Assembly: GCA_965224715.1 (NCBI GenBank)
Contig: OZ245054.1
Coordinates: forward strand, 2,004,334 to 2,068,333
Length of the DNA stretch: 64,000 nt
Reading direction: 5' to 3'
Origin: Spirochaetota bacterium
Lineage (GTDB): Bacteria; Spirochaetota; UBA12135; COTS27; CAXSBA01
Shown here piece after piece: positions 59,280 through 64,000 of the stretch. The notes below the pieces were generated by a model that saw only the letters and a list, made by a program, of their open reading frames with translations, made no database searches and was not told the DNA's origin. A program made the translations under genes and the position numbers. Position 1 is the stretch's first letter; every line of letters starts with the position of its first letter.

Positions 59280-60168
59280 AACATCACTTCCCCAAAAAGA
59301 GAATTCCCCTGCCCTCCGTCTTGCAGTTCCTAAAAAGGGGAGGCTTCGAGAACCCACTTTGAATTTGGTTCGCAAAGCAGGATATTATTTCACATTACAA
59401 AAAGATGAGCTCTATGCCAAATGTCATAATGCCCATTTGGAGCTGGTCTTTCTGCGGACCGAAGATATACCGGTTTTGGTGGAGAAGGGAGTAGTGGATC
59501 TTGGGATCACCGGCAAGGATAATGTTATAGAAAAACAATCTCGAATTTCAGAAATCCTCAACCTTAATTACGGCCACTGTCAACTCTGTTTAGCAGGGCT
59601 TAACGATAAACCTTATCCCGGGCTAAAGAAACTATCCTCATCCACTCAGAAAATTCGAATAGCCACCTCCTTCCCTTTCCTGACCCGAAGGTTTCTTCAT
59701 CGCCATAATATCAAAGCAGAGATTATCACTCTCAGCGGCTCCATCGAGATCATGATCGCCCTTCAAGTAGCAGACTATGTCATAGACCTGGTGCAGTCAG
59801 GAAACACTTTGCAATCCAACAACTTAAAAGCTCTGGAAGTAATCGGAGAGTATTATACCGCCCTCTATGCTAAAACTAAATTGAAAACTCATCCTGTGGT
59901 AACTCAACTCCAGAAACGATTGGAAGGCATTCTTATTGCTGATTGTTACAGTATCCTGGAATTCAATATTTCAAAGCCTCTATTAACTCAGGCGGAAAAG
60001 ATAGCCCCCGGTTTTGATGCTCCTACTATCTCTCATCTTGATGACCCTCATAAGGTAGCAGTCAAAGTATTGATTGAAAAAAAACAAGTGAATCGGATTA
60101 TCGAAGAACTTAGCGATTTAGGAGCAACCGGGATTTTTGAAACCGAAATAAAGAACTGTCGACCCTAG
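59242..60168 (+). CDS. hisG: ATP phosphoribosyltransferase (long form with C-terminal regulatory domain)
   Basis: LRLAVPKKGRL N-terminal motif, a catalytic core and a HisG_C-like tail. The ORF start overlaps hisE by 38 nt, so the exact start is uncertain. Confidence 0.85.
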   Translation: MDMKQNKTVKKSKTSLPQKENSPALRLAVPKKGRLREPTLNLVRKAGYYFTLQKDELYAKCHNAHLELVFLRTEDIPVLVEKGVVDLGITGKDNVIEKQSRISEILNLNYGHCQLCLAGLNDKPYPGLKKLSSSTQKIRIATSFPFLTRRFLHRHNIKAEIITLSGSIEIMIALQVADYVIDLVQSGNTLQSNNLKALEVIGEYYTALYAKTKLKTHPVVTQLQKRLEGILIADCYSILEFNISKPLLTQAEKIAPGFDAPTISHLDDPHKVAVKVLIEKKQVNRIIEELSDLGATGIFETEIKNCRP

Positions 60169-60203
60169 CTTTATCAGTTACTTTCTAAAAACTCTGTCTA
60201 TTC

Positions 60204-61613
60204 CTAATCGAAAGGCAGATCTTCATGCTCTTCTGCCGGCTCTAAAGTAGGGTTTGGGGTGTCATGGGGAGGTAGTCCAGTAAGTCCGATACTCGACATA
60301 GTAGGGATGGCAGAGATTGCTGAAGTCTCATCTTTCTTGGATTGATCTTTTAACGATAAGGGTACTTCTTCAACCTTCTTCAATTTTTTTTCAATAGTTC
60401 GGGTTTTGGTTCGAGCCTGAGAAATCACATTTCCGGCTTCTTCGATCTTCTTCTGAGTCTTATCGAGAAGTCCCCCGAACTGCTCAAATCCTTTTTTCAC
60501 TGTAACTAACATTTTCCATACTTCGGCAGAATGTTTCTCAATAGAAAGAGTACGGAAGCCCACCTGAAGGGCACTGAGGAAAGCTGCAAAATTATTGGGG
60601 CCAGCGATCAAAATCTTTTCCTGGTTGATCAAATGGTCAATCAAGGTGGGATTGCGGACAATTTCGGCATAAAGACCTTCAATAGGAATAAAGATAACTG
60701 CAAAGTCGGTAGTATGAGGGGGGTTGATATATTTCTTAACCTGTTTGGCAAAAGTTTTGATAGCAGCCTCCAACTCCTTACGGTCATTCTTGATTCTCTC
60801 CCCATCATTGAGATCATAAGCTTCCATAAGTTTCTGATAAACCTCAATGGGAAACTTGGAGTCCACCGGTATCCATACCTCTTCATCATCTTTTCTTCCA
60901 GGAAGGCGAATAGCAAATTCCACTTTCTCTGAGGTTTGGGGATTGGTCTGGACATCCTTAGCGTATTGAGTGGGAGTGAGGATCTGCTCTAAAATATTCT
61001 CCAACTGATATTCTCCCAAAATTCCACGAGTTTTAACATTAGACAGCACTCGGTTGAGGCCACTGACCCCTTCAGAAAGTTTATTCATTTCTCCCAAACC
61101 TTTCTGAACTCGCTCCAGCATTTGATGAACACTGTTAAAAGAATGATGAAGGCGGGTTTCTAAAGTTTTTTGGAGCTTCTCATCCACAGTTTCTCGCATT
61201 TTCTCCAACTTCTGATGATTCTGTTCCATCAATTCCCCCATCTTCTTCTCCATCACATCGGTATTACGGTTGAGACGTTCTTCATTACTTCGACTCATCT
61301 CCAGGAGTTGTTTAGAGAATTCCGCTAATTGTTCACGTTGCGACCTCTGACTTTCATAAAGATTCTTGACCAGAGAATCTTGAAAATTTTTCTGAGTATT
61401 CTGATACTCATTACGTGAGCGAGAGAATTCGTCTCGGAAGAAGGCATTCATTTCTTGAAAATTCTTCTGGAGATCACTTTTCCCTTGGCTTTCCCAGAAA
61501 CTCCTCATTCGTAATTCCACATCTTGTGATGAGGATCTCCGACTTCGAAACAGGAGTAAAAAAATTAAAACAACCTGAATAACAATAACTAACAGAAGAC
61601 TATATTCTGCCAA
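60204..61613 (-). CDS. rmuC: DNA recombination protein RmuC
   Basis: N-terminal TM helix, a long coiled coil and a C-terminal RmuC nuclease-like domain (FAVIFIPIEGLYAE). Confidence 0.85.
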   Translation of the reverse strand: MAEYSLLLVIVIQVVLIFLLLFRSRRSSSQDVELRMRSFWESQGKSDLQKNFQEMNAFFRDEFSRSRNEYQNTQKNFQDSLVKNLYESQRSQREQLAEFSKQLLEMSRSNEERLNRNTDVMEKKMGELMEQNHQKLEKMRETVDEKLQKTLETRLHHSFNSVHQMLERVQKGLGEMNKLSEGVSGLNRVLSNVKTRGILGEYQLENILEQILTPTQYAKDVQTNPQTSEKVEFAIRLPGRKDDEEVWIPVDSKFPIEVYQKLMEAYDLNDGERIKNDRKELEAAIKTFAKQVKKYINPPHTTDFAVIFIPIEGLYAEIVRNPTLIDHLINQEKILIAGPNNFAAFLSALQVGFRTLSIEKHSAEVWKMLVTVKKGFEQFGGLLDKTQKKIEEAGNVISQARTKTRTIEKKLKKVEEVPLSLKDQSKKDETSAISAIPTMSSIGLTGLPPHDTPNPTLEPAEEHEDLPFD

Positions 61614-61634
61614 ACTATAAAACCTTATATGTGA

Positions 61635-63797
61635 TTAATTTTCTTTACGAACCCAACGATGGAACTTTTCTACCCATTTCATCAAGCCTGGATTAAGATG
61701 AGCTTTTCTCCAAATCCCAGCCACATACTTATTAGCTTCACCCATCGAAGGATAAATATGAGTAGTGGAAAGAATCTTGTTTAAACCAAAACGGTGCTTC
61801 ATCCCCGCTATAAACTCTAAGAGGAGAAGATCAGCATGAGCACCTACTACTGTAGCTCCAAGAATATTATCTTTTCCTTTAGAGGTAATTACCCGAACAA
61901 ACCCCTCATCGGATCGATCAGTGATGGCTCGATCAAGATCATCAAGCCCATACTCGGACACTTCGTATGCGATGCCCATTTTCTTAGCCTTGGTTTCATT
62001 GATGCCCACTGATGCTACTTCAGGATCTGTGAAAGTACACCAAGGCAGTACCGAATAGTTTGCTTTAAATTTTATAAAACTACCAAAAAGGGCATTCACA
62101 GTAGCAAACCAAGCCTGATGACCAGCCGCATGAGTAAGTTGATAAGGTCCGGTCACATCTCCACAAACAAAAATATTGGAGTAAGGAGTGCGAAGGAAGT
62201 CATCGGACGCGATTGTCTTATTGGGCCTAAGAGGGATTCTAAGTCTTTCAAGACCATAACCCTCAACTCGGGCTCTCCGTCCTAGTGCGATAATAATTTC
62301 ATCGAATTGTATTTTCTTGGCCTTTCCCTCATGTTCAGCGACAATGAATTTCTTGCCCTGATTCACTATGAATTCCTTAGCAATATGACCCTCTAGAACT
62401 TTGACTCCCTCACTACGAAGTTTGTTGGCAATGAATTTAGACACCTGTGGGTCTTCAATCCCCATAATTCGATCCATTTCCAACTGTGTCACAGTGGAAC
62501 CCAGTCGTTGAAAAGATTGGGCCATCTCACAACCAATGGGACCCCCACCTAATACCAACAAATTCTTGGGAAGCTTTTTTAATTTCCATAAATTATCCGA
62601 AGTAAGGTATTTAATTTTTTTAAGGCCAGGAAAAGAGGGAACTAGGGGAGCTGCTCCTGTGGCGATGATAATGTTACGGGTAGTGATAATCTTTTTTTGA
62701 TATTTCAATTCCACTGACCAGGGAGTTTTGATTATCGCTTCATCACCGATGCAATCTACTCCCAACTCGGTATATCTCTCTACGGAATCATGAGTCGCTA
62801 CTTTCTTCACCACCCCACGTACTCCGGACATCACTTTGGGAAAATTTACTTTATATTTCACTTGCTCTAACCCTAACTCCCCAGCTTTTTTCTTCATTTC
62901 ATGAGCACTTTTGGCGGAGCGAATCAAGGCCTTACTGGGAACGCAGCCGGTATTGAGACAATCCCCACCCATGAGAGACTTTTCCACTAAAGCCACTTTG
63001 GCTTTGACCGCAGCCGCAATATAGGCGGCACTGAGTCCTCCCGAACCAGCTCCGATCACCACCACATTATAGTCAAAGATTTTAGGCTTATGCCTCCGGT
63101 AAGGGTTATAAATTTTAGCATTGCGATACGAAGCTATCAACCTCTTCATCACTAATGGAAAGATGCCCAAAAGGGCGAAAGAAAGAAGAAACCGAAATGA
63201 AATAATGTCACTTAAAGATTCCAGAGTGGATAACTCCCTCCCTACATTTACATAGAGGAGAGTGCCGGGAAGCATTCCGATCTGACTCACCCAATAAAAA
63301 GAGAAGACATTCATTCGAGTTAGTCCAACCACAGCATTAACCACGAAAAAAGGAAAGAGAGGAACTAAACGGAGAGCAAAGAGATAACTATTACCTTCTT
63401 GAATAATCCCCTTATTGATTTTTGTTAAAATATCAGAAAACCTTCTCTCTACAAAATCCCGTAAAAGAAAACGACAAACCAAAAAGGCACAGATCGCTCC
63501 CAAGGTACTCGCAAAGGAAACAATAATGGTACCCCAGCCAAGTCCAAAAAGAGAGCCCGCTCCAACAGTAAGTACAGTGACCCCCGGAATAGAAAGAGCT
63601 GCCACCAAGATATATATTGCCATAAATATTCCAACAACTGTAACTGGATTAGCCTCATAGAGATCAAGGAAATTCTTTCTTTGTTGCTTGAAATAGTCGA
63701 AAGTTAGATATTGATCTAATTCATAATACTTGACGACACCGAATATAATTAGAATAGCTAAAACCAATAAAATTTTTAGAGTGACTTTTTTATTCAT
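61635..63797 (-). CDS. Fusion: TVP38/TMEM64 (DedA/SNARE-associated) membrane domain + FAD-dependent pyridine nucleotide-disulfide oxidoreductase
   Basis: N-terminal ~230 aa form a multi-TM DedA-like domain. They are followed by a GAGSGG FAD site, the redox disulfide GGDCLNTGCVPSK, an NAD site GGGPIGCE and a dimerisation domain. Confidence 0.8.
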   Translation of the reverse strand: MNKKVTLKILLVLAILIIFGVVKYYELDQYLTFDYFKQQRKNFLDLYEANPVTVVGIFMAIYILVAALSIPGVTVLTVGAGSLFGLGWGTIIVSFASTLGAICAFLVCRFLLRDFVERRFSDILTKINKGIIQEGNSYLFALRLVPLFPFFVVNAVVGLTRMNVFSFYWVSQIGMLPGTLLYVNVGRELSTLESLSDIISFRFLLSFALLGIFPLVMKRLIASYRNAKIYNPYRRHKPKIFDYNVVVIGAGSGGLSAAYIAAAVKAKVALVEKSLMGGDCLNTGCVPSKALIRSAKSAHEMKKKAGELGLEQVKYKVNFPKVMSGVRGVVKKVATHDSVERYTELGVDCIGDEAIIKTPWSVELKYQKKIITTRNIIIATGAAPLVPSFPGLKKIKYLTSDNLWKLKKLPKNLLVLGGGPIGCEMAQSFQRLGSTVTQLEMDRIMGIEDPQVSKFIANKLRSEGVKVLEGHIAKEFIVNQGKKFIVAEHEGKAKKIQFDEIIIALGRRARVEGYGLERLRIPLRPNKTIASDDFLRTPYSNIFVCGDVTGPYQLTHAAGHQAWFATVNALFGSFIKFKANYSVLPWCTFTDPEVASVGINETKAKKMGIAYEVSEYGLDDLDRAITDRSDEGFVRVITSKGKDNILGATVVGAHADLLLLEFIAGMKHRFGLNKILSTTHIYPSMGEANKYVAGIWRKAHLNPGLMKWVEKFHRWVRKEN

Positions 63798-63976
63798 AGT
63801 TAGTTGTTAAATTTAAATAAACCCAAAAAAGGATATTTCTAAAATATTAGATAAAGCTAATAATAACATAATTTGATTCATGATTACTCTTAAATTCAAT
63901 CTTGATCAAAAAAATAAAACGGAAAATTTTCATTTAACGTTTAATAATAAATATTGATTATCAGGAGTTAGTTTTT

Positions 63977-64000
63977 ATGAAACCAAGACCCATTATTCTA
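63977..64000 (+). CDS. Start of an unidentified CDS (runs off the right edge)
   Basis: ATG at 63977 preceded by AGGAG with about 8 nt spacing. Only MKPRPIIL is visible. Confidence 0.3.

Overview
AT-rich chromosomal segment of a Gram-negative-type bacterium; the lineage cannot be assigned from sequence alone. The Gram-negative call rests on LPS core genes (waaA, heptose activation), an RND pump, an FtsX/ABC pair and an OMP-like protein. About 50 tightly packed CDS were found, and no rRNA, tRNA, CRISPR, transposase or integrase genes. Most of the window is housekeeping: eno (partial), metK-ahcY, metG, grpE-dnaK-dnaJ, folC, folK, prfA, fmt, fabH-like, ruvB, rsgA, hisE-hisG and rmuC. It also holds c-di-GMP genes (a GAF/HD-GYP protein and a GGDEF protein) and several unusual fusion proteins. 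The clear accessory region is an ~11 kb type I restriction-modification island (48.0-58.7 kb, minus strand) whose operon is split by cargo. The gene order is hsdM, a GxxExxY (PD-(D/E)XK-like) gene, a ~2 kb tandem array, hsdS, two tiny ORFs, a secreted YHYH/DUF1524 His-Me nuclease, then hsdR. The array has 14 full and 1 partial hairpin-containing units with a period of 128-147 bp. Each unit copies the hsdS ribosome-binding context. The hairpin arms are the same sequences that bracket the GxxExxY gene as inverted repeats. This is the best candidate here for an undescribed repeat/nuclease or RNA-processing system. Secondary leads are collinear conserved blocks upstream of both c-di-GMP genes, with a GC-rich candidate structured RNA in one of them, and a GlnE/GlnD chimeric 1260-aa protein.
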